This document shows, one piece after another, positions 39,197 to 48,913 of a stretch of 64,000 nt of DNA. A program made the translations under genes and the position numbers. The DNA comes from an uncultured candidate division Zixibacteria bacterium (lineage in GTDB: Bacteria > Zixibacteria > MSB-5A5 > GN15 > FEB-12). The stretch lies in the NCBI GenBank assembly GCA_963664195.1, contig OY760907.1:736001-800000 (forward strand). Direction: 5' to 3'. Numbering within the stretch: position 1 is the first letter of the stretch; every line of letters begins with the position of its first letter. The notes under the pieces are model-generated. The model ran no database searches. It saw only the letters and a program-made list of their open reading frames with translations, and had not been told where the DNA came from.

Positions 39197-40039
39197 ATGA
39201 CTAGATTATTTGCCGCTATCTTTGCGCTGCTCCTGCTCCTGTTGGCTGGCTGCAGCAAAACAAGCTCTGTAGAGGAAGCTCGCGCCGCCGGGAAAAAAGC
39301 GTTCCTCGATAAGAACTACACAGAGGCTCGCGTGCATCTTCGCCAGGCAATCGCCAGAGAACCATCGGATAAAGAACTGCTATACCTGATGGCCCGAAGC
39401 TTCCGGCATGACTACGAGTACGATTCTGCCCTGTTCTATCTGAAGAAGATCGACATACTATACCCGCAGGATAGAGAGGTGGCGACACAGATATATGGCG
39501 TGGCCAACGCTCTCGAAGAATGGCGGACTGTCGCCGACGCGATCATGGTCCTTGCCAAAACCGGTGACGGCTATGAGCGATATTACGGTGAACTGAGCAC
39601 CCTCTGGAGCAAAATGGAAAGCCCGTATAACGCCCTCTACTGGGGCAGCAGGGCAATCGAACGGGATCCCGACAATCCGACCTGGTATGTTATTTCTGCA
39701 AACGGTGCCTCGCTGAGCGTCTCACCGGATTCTGCCATCACCATTCTGGATTCGGCCATATCCCATTTTGGCGAAGACCCCCGATTCCTCGCCAACAAGG
39801 CTACTTTTTTGTCTCAAAAAGAGGAATACGGCCAAGCTGAGAAGATGCTTCGCCCGCTGGTGGAAAGTGATTCCACGGTCCTGATGTACCGTCTGGGGCT
39901 GGCCCATGCTCTGGCCAAACAGGATCGTCGGGCCAAAAGGAAAGAAGCTCTTGAACTGTACAGGAATCTCAGACCGCTGGTAGGGCCGGGATTCAAAATC
40001 GATTCGATTATTGTCGATTTGGAAGAAAAGCTCAAATAG
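39197..40039 (+). CDS. TPR-repeat lipoprotein
   Basis: LLAGC lipobox and helical TPR-like repeats. Confidence 0.75.
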   Translation: MTRLFAAIFALLLLLLAGCSKTSSVEEARAAGKKAFLDKNYTEARVHLRQAIAREPSDKELLYLMARSFRHDYEYDSALFYLKKIDILYPQDREVATQIYGVANALEEWRTVADAIMVLAKTGDGYERYYGELSTLWSKMESPYNALYWGSRAIERDPDNPTWYVISANGASLSVSPDSAITILDSAISHFGEDPRFLANKATFLSQKEEYGQAEKMLRPLVESDSTVLMYRLGLAHALAKQDRRAKRKEALELYRNLRPLVGPGFKIDSIIVDLEEKLK

Positions 40040-40042
40040 GAA

Positions 40043-40074
40043 GTTGGGCAGGACTGCCGCCAATCCTGCCCAAC
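40043..40074. repeat. Palindrome GTTGGGCAGGA...TCCTGCCCAAC (REP-like or terminator) between convergent genes
   Basis: 11-bp perfect arms. Confidence 0.6.
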
Positions 40075-40266
40075 GCTCCACTGTCCGTTTGGACAGAGAC
40101 AGGAGGGAATTGACTTGCCTCACCCCTTCTAACAATTTTCCTCCCTCTGATGTTTCCCCTCATACGATTATTCGCCACCACAAGAAAACGGCCGCCCCGG
40201 GGAAGAGCAGCCGTTTCTCGTCAAAGCCCTCGATCATGCGCATCGAAGCCTGTCCTCAGCCTATCG

Positions 40267-41406
40267 TTAGAAGCCGTCGTCGTAAAGGCGTCCGTATCCA
40301 GAACCGGCAGACAGTTCATTGCAGTCAATTTTCCAGCGAGCCTGGAACCAGCCACGGCCCAAATCCGGAGACGATTTGAATTTACCCTTGAGTTCACCAA
40401 TCATAGCACCGTCAGCATCGCATATCTCACCCATGAACCAACCGCCCGCGCGCCTGCGTGCGTTCTCACTGGCGTTTGTGCTCGGGTTGGGCCCCCAGGT
40501 ACCCTTGATAAGACCCTCGAACTTGCCGGCGCGGTCGATCCACTTGCCGTAGAAAACGTTGCTGCCGTTGTCATCCTGTCCGAAATGCCCCTGCACGTAG
40601 CCGACTGCCCAGCCGCGACGGTTGTGCCACACGCCGTTGAAGACACCGTTGCCTTCCTCATCGTAACCCCAGCGACCGACAAGATGTCCGCGACGGCACT
40701 GGTTGGGGAACACCTGAAGCGACTGGAAAGCCACCACGTTAGAGTCTTCGAGAGTAACCACGGTATCAAGCGCGGCCAACTCGTCGAGAGTAAACGTCTG
40801 CGTGTACGGTCCGGTCTCAAACGTCAGGGTAACCGGATCGCCCGGAATGGTGTCATAGACCACGGTCGTATCACCGAGCGTGTCGACGGCGATGATGGTG
40901 TCGACAACCGGCGGTACAAAGAGATCAACCGCGATACCGTCGTTGTGAACGGTCGTAGTTGAGAACCATTCGACTAGTTCGGGATCGGTGCGCGGGAGAT
41001 AACCGTCCTGATTTAGTTCGAATCGAATAAGGCGCCTGATTACCAACGCACCGCGCGAGGCGGTCAGAGAACCGGTCCAATCGGTCGGATCGGTGTGCGT
41101 CGAGTCATAGCACAATTGACCCCAGACAGCGCGGAAGTGGAACATTCCGCAATTGACATCATCGACCATCTCAGCAACTGCCGGCGAGGCAAGTATAACG
41201 TCGTCGATTTCTTCTTCCTCTGCCTCGGTTCCCGCAAGATCCGGATCACCAAATGCAGGCGATTCCGACGTAGCCGTATAGCCGCCGAATTCATCGGTCA
41301 GGTTCGGCGTATCGGTGGCAGCCGGTTCTGACGGATTGCTTGAACAACCGACGGCAAACACCAACATGGCGAACGCCAGCATTGGAATGAGTGTCTTCTT
41401 CAACAT
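40267..41406 (-). CDS. Hypothetical acidic lipoprotein
   Basis: FAVGC lipobox; C-terminal repeated G.F.G.W..G pattern; GGAG RBS. Confidence 0.8.
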   Translation of the reverse strand: MLKKTLIPMLAFAMLVFAVGCSSNPSEPAATDTPNLTDEFGGYTATSESPAFGDPDLAGTEAEEEEIDDVILASPAVAEMVDDVNCGMFHFRAVWGQLCYDSTHTDPTDWTGSLTASRGALVIRRLIRFELNQDGYLPRTDPELVEWFSTTTVHNDGIAVDLFVPPVVDTIIAVDTLGDTTVVYDTIPGDPVTLTFETGPYTQTFTLDELAALDTVVTLEDSNVVAFQSLQVFPNQCRRGHLVGRWGYDEEGNGVFNGVWHNRRGWAVGYVQGHFGQDDNGSNVFYGKWIDRAGKFEGLIKGTWGPNPSTNASENARRRAGGWFMGEICDADGAMIGELKGKFKSSPDLGRGWFQARWKIDCNELSAGSGYGRLYDDGF

Positions 41407-41462
41407 TTTCAGTAATCTCCTATCACCGGGTTAATAGATTCCTAGCTCTTGTCGGGAATATA

Positions 41463-41571
41463 ATCAATCTCCGTGCCAAAGCCGCGCGGCCGATGTAAGC
41501 TATTGATCCACAACACAGTACACTAACGACACGCCGATGCCGTGCGCACTCGATCTGTACCGAGAGGTACA
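41463..41571 (-). promoter_or_regulatory. Candidate sigma-54 promoter with IHF-like site and TGT-N10-ACA enhancer
   Basis: TTGGCACGGAGATTGAT (41463-41479, GA variant at -12); ATCAA-N4-TTA (41496-41507); palindrome TGTACCGAGAGGTACA (41556-41571). Confidence 0.6.
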
Positions 41572-41921
41572 TCTCGCCCCGAACGGAGCACGAAACGTGT
41601 ACCGCTGCGCGATTCCTGTGGCGTACTCATGGCGTAGGCTCAACGGGGGTCTACCTACCCTAGTGTCGCAACTCACCGGGGCGCGCCGGCGGGAGGGGCA
41701 GATGACAATCTGTCCCATCCTCACGTCTTGAGCCCTCCCATCGTCCCAAAAATCCGGCCTAAACCTTTGACAAATCCGGGTTTTGCCGACATATTAAATA
41801 GAGGTCCGGGGCGACCATCTTTGGCCTGATTCCTATGAAGGGCAGGTTCTAACAGCCCGGACCGGGTCCGCATTCTATGAAATAGACAAATCGATTTCTG
41901 TAACCTTACAGGAGAAATACC

Positions 41922-43967
41922 ATGTTGCGCTATTCTATTCCCACAGCGCTGGCTATCACCATTATTGTCCTGCTGACAGGTTCTGTCGCCGCACAGTCTT
42001 CGCGGGCAATGTCATTCCAGGGTCGTTTGACCGACGACTCCGGTGCCCCATTGTCAGATACTGTCAGCCTCACCTTCCGGCTGTACGACACGGAAACTGA
42101 AGGCACGGCTGTTTGGACCCAGGTTCATCCTGAGGTGGGAGTGACCAACGGTCTCTTCCATGTGATGCTCTCAGAGTTCACCGACGCCGCGTCTGTTTTC
42201 GATGGCACGTCAAAATGGCTAAGCATACAGGTTGAATCTGATCCGGAGATTTCGCCACGGTCGCAGATAGGCACGGTAGCTTATGCCTATCGCTCAACGA
42301 TGTCCGACACGGCCACCTATGCGCTCGCCTCTCCTACCGGAACAGCAGGGGGGTGGACAGATGACGCCACGACGGTGCGGTTGGCCTCTGCGGGTGACAG
42401 CATAGGCATTGGCGTGACGGATCCGTCCGAACAGGTGGAGATGTCAGGCAATTTGCGGGTCGGCGGTAAGATTATCGCTGGCGGCACCCTCAACGACTGT
42501 TCAGGCGATCTAGGGTTCATCGGCGGCGGCGATTCCTGCATTATCACGGGTGACGCTACTTACAGCACTGTCTCAGGAGGCAGAAGAAACGTGATCAATG
42601 CCGACTACAGCATGATAGGCGGCGGCTGGGAAAACGATATCGGACTGTGGGGCGCTAACGAACCCGCCGGGAACGGCATAGCCTCAGGAATCAACAACTC
42701 AGTACAATACTGCGACAGCGGCGCATTCATCGGCGGCGGACAGGAAAACATGGTTCAGGGCGACTGGGCGATCGTGGGGGGTGGACGAAAGAACCGCTCG
42801 GAGGGAGATTACTGCACGGTTGCCGGCGGGTTTGACAACAGAGTCACGTTCACCGACAACTTCAGCACCATTGGCGGCGGTGACAGCTCATACGTCTCAG
42901 CGACTTGTGCCACAATAGGAGGCGGTCACCGCAACAACATCAGCGGAGACTACGGAACAGTGGGCGGAGGAGAGCTTAACCTCGCTCAGCGATCCCACGC
43001 AACAGTCGCAGGCGGCAGGAGCAACAACGTGATTGGCACATTCGGATTTATCGGCGGCGGTGACGACAATGCTATTCACGGCGAAGGTCATTGGTCCGCA
43101 ATTGCTGGAGGACTCGATAACTTCGCTTATGGACCGTATGCCTTCGTCGGCGGCGGCTACAGCAACTACGTAGGGACCGGTGAATACACCACCATTGCGG
43201 GCGGGTACGAGAACCAATCGTACGGCAGCTACTCCACCGTTCCCGGAGGCGCCTATAACCATGCCGACGGAAACTACAGCTTCGCGGCGGGCAGTTACGC
43301 ACGCGCCGATCACAACCACTCTTTTGTCTGGTCCGACGGTTACAACCTGAGCACCTTTGAGACGACCGGCTCGTATCAATTCCTTATCAGGGCACACAAC
43401 GGTGTCGGAATCAACGGCAATACGCCCATGGGCGCGCTTGACATCACGCAGGACCCTGACCAAGTCTGCCTTCATTTCAGCAATGGTTCGCGCGATATTA
43501 CGTGGATGCCCACTCATGCTCTCCAATTCGGTCAGTGGAACGACACCACCTGGACCGAACGGATGCGGATATCATCCGACGGATACGTCGGAATCGGCGT
43601 CACCAACCCAACCTACCGACTTGACTGCAGCGGCAGTATTCGTTGCGTATCCGTTAATGAAACCTCTGACGGCAGATACAAACATAGCGTCAGCCAAATC
43701 GATAACGCGCTGGAGACAGTCGAGTCAATGCGCGGCGTCACGTTTGAATGGAACGACGAAATCGAAGCCAAACCCGGCCGTCAGGTAGGGGTGATCGCAC
43801 AGGAAGTTGAAGAAGTGCTTCCGGAAGTCGTCTCCACCGACGCCGAGGGCATCAAGTCGGTCGACTACAGCAAACTGACGGCAGTGTTGATCGAGGCGGT
43901 CAAGGAATTGAAGGCGGAGAACGAGGATCTTCGGGATCGCGTTAACAAACTGGAAAGCGAGATGTAG
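41922..43967 (+). CDS. Secreted fibre-like protein with Gly-rich repeats and a C-terminal peptidase S74 intramolecular chaperone
   Basis: Signal peptide; FQGRLTD..G; many (I/V)GGG..N repeats; SDGRYK, GVIAQEVE.VLPE and VDYSKL motifs; terminal coiled coil. Confidence 0.88.
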   Translation: MLRYSIPTALAITIIVLLTGSVAAQSSRAMSFQGRLTDDSGAPLSDTVSLTFRLYDTETEGTAVWTQVHPEVGVTNGLFHVMLSEFTDAASVFDGTSKWLSIQVESDPEISPRSQIGTVAYAYRSTMSDTATYALASPTGTAGGWTDDATTVRLASAGDSIGIGVTDPSEQVEMSGNLRVGGKIIAGGTLNDCSGDLGFIGGGDSCIITGDATYSTVSGGRRNVINADYSMIGGGWENDIGLWGANEPAGNGIASGINNSVQYCDSGAFIGGGQENMVQGDWAIVGGGRKNRSEGDYCTVAGGFDNRVTFTDNFSTIGGGDSSYVSATCATIGGGHRNNISGDYGTVGGGELNLAQRSHATVAGGRSNNVIGTFGFIGGGDDNAIHGEGHWSAIAGGLDNFAYGPYAFVGGGYSNYVGTGEYTTIAGGYENQSYGSYSTVPGGAYNHADGNYSFAAGSYARADHNHSFVWSDGYNLSTFETTGSYQFLIRAHNGVGINGNTPMGALDITQDPDQVCLHFSNGSRDITWMPTHALQFGQWNDTTWTERMRISSDGYVGIGVTNPTYRLDCSGSIRCVSVNETSDGRYKHSVSQIDNALETVESMRGVTFEWNDEIEAKPGRQVGVIAQEVEEVLPEVVSTDAEGIKSVDYSKLTAVLIEAVKELKAENEDLRDRVNKLESEM

Positions 43968-44152
43968 GAGCCTGCTCCTCCATGGCGGGGCCTTGGCGAC
44001 AAATCGACACCTCCAATTTTCCAGTATGACCGCAGGGTTTCCGTCACTATATTCCCCGTTCGACGAAAGAACGGCAACACGCGCTGCCACCGTGCCCGAC
44101 GGTTGGAACCCGTGAAACCTTTGTAGAAACACTACAGCTTTGGAGGCGAGTC

Positions 44153-44884
44153 GTGACCGGATTCAAGCGTATCCCTGCTACCATCATTGTCCTTTTGGTT
44201 ATCTTCAGCGGACTGATGCTCACGTCGACTGTTTTGGGACAAGACTCAACATCACAGACGGTCCCCATGCGACGTCAAGCTCCAGAGCTTTTCTACGCTC
44301 ACGGCATGGTCGGCATCGGGATGGATTGGTATACATCCTCAAACATCCAGGATATTCTCCCGGAAGATTTCAAACTCGGTAGTCTCGGGTTTCCATTCGA
44401 GTACGGCATCCGCGGCGGCTTCAAGAATATCGGACAAATCGAGTATCGCAAATTCTCGACCGGATCACACGCCATCCGTCTCCAGGGGTTCACCGGGGGC
44501 TCGGGGGTAGGTGGCACCGGGATCGGCACCGTAGCTGAAACGCCGATGAAGTTCAAATCGACTGAAATCGCATTCAAGCTCAATCCGTTCGTCTGGACCT
44601 GGACAGGTTCAAACACCAACCAGCCTTACAAGTGTCTGTTCCTGGTGTACGGGACCAGCGACGTGTCTTACCGCGACGACGTCAACGACGGCTGGAAAGG
44701 TAACGGGACTCTTTATGGAATAGAGTACGCCATGATCTCGAAGATATTCAGTGCGGACGTTGGCGTGGTGGTTCAGAAAATCGAATACGACGAGATTACT
44801 CTGGTTGATCCAGACTTGCCGTTGTCATACGATGCCTCCCATATTATGGTTTACATGCATATCGCGGCTGGGATCGGGATGTAG
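44153..44884 (+). CDS. Hypothetical exported protein, possibly outer-membrane
   Basis: Signal peptide, beta-strand-like composition, GGAGG RBS. Confidence 0.65.
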   Translation: MTGFKRIPATIIVLLVIFSGLMLTSTVLGQDSTSQTVPMRRQAPELFYAHGMVGIGMDWYTSSNIQDILPEDFKLGSLGFPFEYGIRGGFKNIGQIEYRKFSTGSHAIRLQGFTGGSGVGGTGIGTVAETPMKFKSTEIAFKLNPFVWTWTGSNTNQPYKCLFLVYGTSDVSYRDDVNDGWKGNGTLYGIEYAMISKIFSADVGVVVQKIEYDEITLVDPDLPLSYDASHIMVYMHIAAGIGM

Positions 44885-44889
44885 TCCTG

Positions 44890-44977
44890 GTGCGGGGCAC
44901 CGAGGATTGGTGGGCGGCAGACGCCCTCGTCTGCCCCGGCTTTGTGCGGCTCCGCTCTGGGCGGGGCACCGAGGATT
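44890..44977. repeat. REP-like cluster (GCGGGGCACCGAGGATT x2 around a family C GTGGGCGGCAGACG...GTCTGCCCC element)
   Basis: Family C also at 14958, 17577 and 31212; CGCTCTGGGCGGGGCACCGA recurs at 45525-45544. Confidence 0.7.
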
Positions 44978-45041
44978 CTATCTCGTTTGATCGGAATTGA
45001 CTCCGGCGGGTATAATAGACAACCTTGACGGAGATTGTGTC

Positions 45042-45440
45042 ATGGAATTATACGGCGTAGTCCTCAGTGTACCCGGCTTCTTTGTGCTCGGCTCTGTTTA
45101 CAGTTTGATTCTGAAATGGCTGATCGCGCCTCATGCGCGGCTGTCGAAGCTGTTCTTGTGGGGAGGTGTCGCGGTTTTGTTCCTCTGGGCTGTCGAGTTG
45201 ATCGCGGTTACGAATGTCGGCCCCACAGAATTGGCGGCAGCACTCGGACCGTCGTTTATTGTCGTTCACACCGTTCTCCTCACACTCTCCGTGCCCTCGC
45301 TGGCCAACCTCATACGACTTCAGGACATCTTACCGAGAGTTGCTCGATGGTACGTTGCAGGACCTTGTTGCGGTTTGTTCGCGCCCGTCGTCATATTACT
45401 GCAAATACACGTGGCAGAGTCGCTCTACGGGATTCATTAG
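45042..45440 (+). CDS. Hypothetical membrane protein (about 4 TM)
   Basis: Hydrophobic 132-aa ORF with GGAG RBS. Confidence 0.6.
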   Translation: MELYGVVLSVPGFFVLGSVYSLILKWLIAPHARLSKLFLWGGVAVLFLWAVELIAVTNVGPTELAAALGPSFIVVHTVLLTLSVPSLANLIRLQDILPRVARWYVAGPCCGLFAPVVILLQIHVAESLYGIH

Positions 45441-46315
45441 GCTAGGTACCCATCCTCTTGTGCCTTGGTGCCGCACTGCTTGCGGTGCGAACCGGTTTCT
45501 CCCACCCGACGCTTCATTTCATTTCGCTCTGGGCGGGGCACCGAAGACCTTGCGGTCGGCTGACATGAAGTCCTCGTAGGGCAGAACCCGAATAGACAAG
45601 CCCACACGCATCGCAACGTCGTCGGAGCGGTTCTGCCATTGTCGCTGACGCGACTCATCCTTGCTGGCGGAACCGCTAAAGGGTTCCACCCTACAAGAAC
45701 TCTGTGCCACCACATCCGCCCGTGCTCATCAATTATGATAGCGCCGTCAGGAGCCTCGTGAACCGCCATCACCTGAGCCGGAAAGAGCCTCCAGTATATA
45801 TACTCCTCCCACCCGATCGCCGCATCCGCCCAGGCAAACAGCGAGTCACGCTCGTCACCGTCAATCGTACTGCCCCAGTGAAGCATCCGGTAACTCAACA
45901 GCGGCATCTCCCCTTCCTCAATCTCTTCCTTGATCTCCTCTAGCGCCTTCGTCTGGCTTTCGTAACCGGCGAACGGGAAATCATTCGACAGGTCGAGATG
46001 CTCGCGGGCTTCCTCGATATGACCGTCGATCATCCCGCCGATCCCCGGAATCGAATGATACCACGGATAGTCGGCCTGGTCGCTGTGACAATCATAGCAA
46101 CACGGCTGCATGAGCGTCTTGAACCGCTGCGTGTAGGCTTTGTTAATGAACCCGTAGACAGAATCGCGCAGGGCGATTTGATCCGAAGTCAGGTTTTCGT
46201 CTTTCAGTCGCGACTCGTGTTCGTCATCATCGGCAAGAGCGATGAATGACAGGCAGAGGATGACCAGGATAAGTATCGGCAGCAGTCGTGCCGTTTTTCG
46301 ATTTGATAAGAGCAT
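45437..46315 (-). CDS. Haem-binding domain protein (c-type haem motif); C-terminal tail reads through REP DNA
   Basis: Signal peptide; CYDCHS....PWY, I.EAREHL and EGEMPL.SY..LH motifs. Confidence 0.8.
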   Translation of the reverse strand: MLLSNRKTARLLPILILVILCLSFIALADDDEHESRLKDENLTSDQIALRDSVYGFINKAYTQRFKTLMQPCCYDCHSDQADYPWYHSIPGIGGMIDGHIEEAREHLDLSNDFPFAGYESQTKALEEIKEEIEEGEMPLLSYRMLHWGSTIDGDERDSLFAWADAAIGWEEYIYWRLFPAQVMAVHEAPDGAIIIDEHGRMWWHRVLVGWNPLAVPPARMSRVSDNGRTAPTTLRCVWACLFGFCPTRTSCQPTARSSVPRPERNEMKRRVGETGSHRKQCGTKAQEDGYLA

Positions 46316-46682
46316 ATTTTTCTCCCCGGTAATAGGTTCGATCATCCCACCATGAAGGGCTTGTTGAATAACCCTGATCGTTCAACTGCAAATGTTCGGT
46401 GCCCCACAGCTTGCTGTGGGAAATGTCCATGTTTCTTGCACTTGCGTTCAATCGAATGCCTTCGCCAATTGCCATCAGTTGCTTGCAGCGCCTTTTTCAA
46501 CAAGCCCTGAATGGTGGGCCACCGAGTTTCGATTCTGTAGGGCGGGTCAACGCCATGAATGGTCGTCCTCGAACCCGCCACATTTGGAGTCGAGCCCTTT
46601 GGGTTCGACACTTCCGGCAGGTTTGAAGACAAACCTTCCCTACAAGAACCTACTCACAACATAGACGAACGATTACTCGCCG

Positions 46683-47594
46683 CTATTCAATCTTCGAGAT
46701 AAACCCGCCGGCTTTGTCGAGTTTCTCGCGCGCTTTCTCTGCATCGCAGTTGAACCGGTGCATGACAATCGCCAGCTTCACCGAACCGTCTGACTTCTTC
46801 AGCAAATCGTCAGAATCCGCAAACGAAAGACCGCACAGTTCCATCAGAATCCTACGCGAGCGCGCAGTCAGTTTCTCCGAACGACACTGCAAATCCACCA
46901 TCAGGTTGCCATAGGTTTTGCCCAACAATACCATCGCGGTAGTGGAAATCATGTTCAACGTCAGCTTCTGGGCGGTGCCGGATTTCATTCGGGTCGATCC
47001 GGTGATAGCTTCGGGGCCGACCGGTAGCTCTATCAAGATGTCCGACTGAAATTCCAGATCTCCCGCTTTGTTACAGATAATAAACGCCGTCTTACAGCCA
47101 AGCGATTTGGCGTACTCAAGACCCGAAATCGTGTACGGGGTACGATTTGAGGCCGCAACACCGATCAGGAAATCATCTTTGCTGAGGTTGCGTTCCTGCA
47201 GGTCATCGATTGCCGCCTGACGGTCATCCTCAACCCCTTCCAGCGATAACACGAGTGTGGCATACCCACCGGATATGACGCCGACAATCTGCTCCGGGTC
47301 GGTGCCGAACGTGGGAGGACACTCGGCAGCATCGAGCACGCCCAGCCGTCCGGAAGTCCCTGCGCCGATATACAGTGCCCGACCGCCAGAACGAAGCGTC
47401 TCGGCGTAGACTTCGGCAGCTTTGGATATCGGCTCAAGAGCGGTCGCGACTACTTCCGCGACTTTCCTGTCCTGATCGTTGATTTTGCGGGCAATTTCCA
47501 GCGGTGACAGTCGATCGATATCAACCGTGTCCGGATTAATCTTCTCGGTATCGAGAGCACCTAATTGCTGGACGAGTTTGTTTATATCTGACAT
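46683..47594 (-). CDS. murQ: N-acetylmuramic acid 6-phosphate etherase
   Basis: GAGTSGRLGVLDAAECPPTFG, GPEAITGSTRMKSGTAQK and NLMVD motifs. Confidence 0.97.
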   Translation of the reverse strand: MSDINKLVQQLGALDTEKINPDTVDIDRLSPLEIARKINDQDRKVAEVVATALEPISKAAEVYAETLRSGGRALYIGAGTSGRLGVLDAAECPPTFGTDPEQIVGVISGGYATLVLSLEGVEDDRQAAIDDLQERNLSKDDFLIGVAASNRTPYTISGLEYAKSLGCKTAFIICNKAGDLEFQSDILIELPVGPEAITGSTRMKSGTAQKLTLNMISTTAMVLLGKTYGNLMVDLQCRSEKLTARSRRILMELCGLSFADSDDLLKKSDGSVKLAIVMHRFNCDAEKAREKLDKAGGFISKIE

Positions 47595-47781
47595 GGAGGA
47601 AACGTAGGCAGGATTGTATGACGTAGCAACAAGAATTGGGGCTACGGAAGGGTAGGTCGAAACTCCTGCAGTTTCGACAACAGACGGCGCTCCCCTCGCA
47701 TGCGCTGTCGCGTGTCAGCAGCACTGTGTGTCCCCACGCGACAGCCGTAGTTCAATGGCGGGAAGACTCAGTGTTGGGTCG

Positions 47782-48579
47782 TTACTGAATGACCGCTACT
47801 CGGATGCTGTCGCGCAGAGCCACCATCACCGTGCCAAACCGGCCCGTGATATTGCGATCAGAGACATTGGGGTCTTCTTGGCTCGGCAAGGGTACCGGCA
47901 GAAGCTCATGGGAAAGGACGCTGTCCGGTGATCCGTTAATCGCGTAGACATACAGATAATACAGTCCCGTGTCCGGTTCGCCTGCACCCGGAAGCAGGAA
48001 GGCATCCGGTGGGAAAGTCCCTGCGTTCGCCAGATTCAAGACGTACTCGCAGTATCCGGTGCCGGTGTAAGCCTCGGCGGCCTTCACGCTCGCCAAAACA
48101 TAGGTCTCGGCATTAGCGGAGCCGGACCATTCCAACGAAACGGTCCACGGCGGGGTCAGCGTATCTTGTGCCGGAGTGCGGCTTGAGATCGCAAACGAAT
48201 CTACCGCGACGACAGTCATGCTGTCGATGAGACGGTTACCGTCGCGCTCTACCAGCGCCGAGCTGAGGCCTGCAAACTCGCCCTTCAACGATCTGGAGGC
48301 GTACACCGAATCGAGACCGTCGAATACGGTATCAAAGGGCAACGTCTCGCCCGAGAACTTGACCGTACCGTGGACGAAGGTTTCACCGTCGACGGTAAGA
48401 TTGACAGCCACGACGGCCGAGTCACCGTTTGCGTCCTCAATGACCACCCCCGCAAGACCGTAATCCCGCGTTGGTGAAACACCCGTACCGTTGCTGTTGC
48501 AGCCCGCGACAGCGAGCACAGCCACCAGCGTTACAAGCAGTAACGCGTTGGTTTGTCTAAAGATAGATAGCATACCCAT
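47782..48579 (-). CDS. Hypothetical lipoprotein
   Basis: LAVAGC lipobox. Confidence 0.75.
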   Translation of the reverse strand: MGMLSIFRQTNALLLVTLVAVLAVAGCNSNGTGVSPTRDYGLAGVVIEDANGDSAVVAVNLTVDGETFVHGTVKFSGETLPFDTVFDGLDSVYASRSLKGEFAGLSSALVERDGNRLIDSMTVVAVDSFAISSRTPAQDTLTPPWTVSLEWSGSANAETYVLASVKAAEAYTGTGYCEYVLNLANAGTFPPDAFLLPGAGEPDTGLYYLYVYAINGSPDSVLSHELLPVPLPSQEDPNVSDRNITGRFGTVMVALRDSIRVAVIQ

Positions 48580-48687
48580 ACATTCCGTACTATCGGCACA
48601 AAACAGCCCCGGATTTACTTCTGTAGTAGAATAATGCTTCCGGGGCTGGTTTGGTTTCTGGCTAAATGACCGTATTTCCCGGTCCGT

Positions 48688-48897
48688 CTAGTGCTCTGGC
48701 GCGGTTGTTGGCTGTTTGAAAAAGAGCTTCTTCATAATGGTTTCCGCCGGGCAAAATCCCGTAAACGAGCTCTGAATCAAGTTCAGCGACACAAAAGCCG
48801 CCAAAAACAGCCAATACGGCGAGACAAAATAGTACAGCACCAGCGAGATTGCTATCATCACGCCTGCCATCAGGCGGATGCTGTTTTCTACAGTCAT
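48688..48897 (-). CDS. DUF2892 (YgaP-like) small membrane protein
   Basis: E..IR..AG...NLIQSSFTGFCPA signature. Confidence 0.88.
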   Translation of the reverse strand: MTVENSIRLMAGVMIAISLVLYYFVSPYWLFLAAFVSLNLIQSSFTGFCPAETIMKKLFFKQPTTAPEH

Positions 48898-48913
48898 GTT
48901 TCTAACCCCTATG

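Noticed and set aside
41745..41800. c-di-GMP-I riboswitch (CCGGCCTAAAC)
   Set aside because: The GCAAA..GAAA..GACGCAAAG P2 arm is missing; the region fits a TTGACA-N17-CATATT promoter instead.
41922..43967. Prophage tail fibre
   Set aside because: It has a signal peptide and no other phage genes are nearby; it looks like a cellular S74-domain surface protein.
43968..45560. Integron cassette array
   Set aside because: The repeats lack attC RYYYAAC/GTTRRRY ends and there is no integrase.
48590..48617. Sigma-28 promoter for the 47782-48579 lipoprotein
   Set aside because: TAAA-N16-GCCGATAG has off-consensus spacing and overlaps a terminator-like inverted repeat, so it is too uncertain to call.
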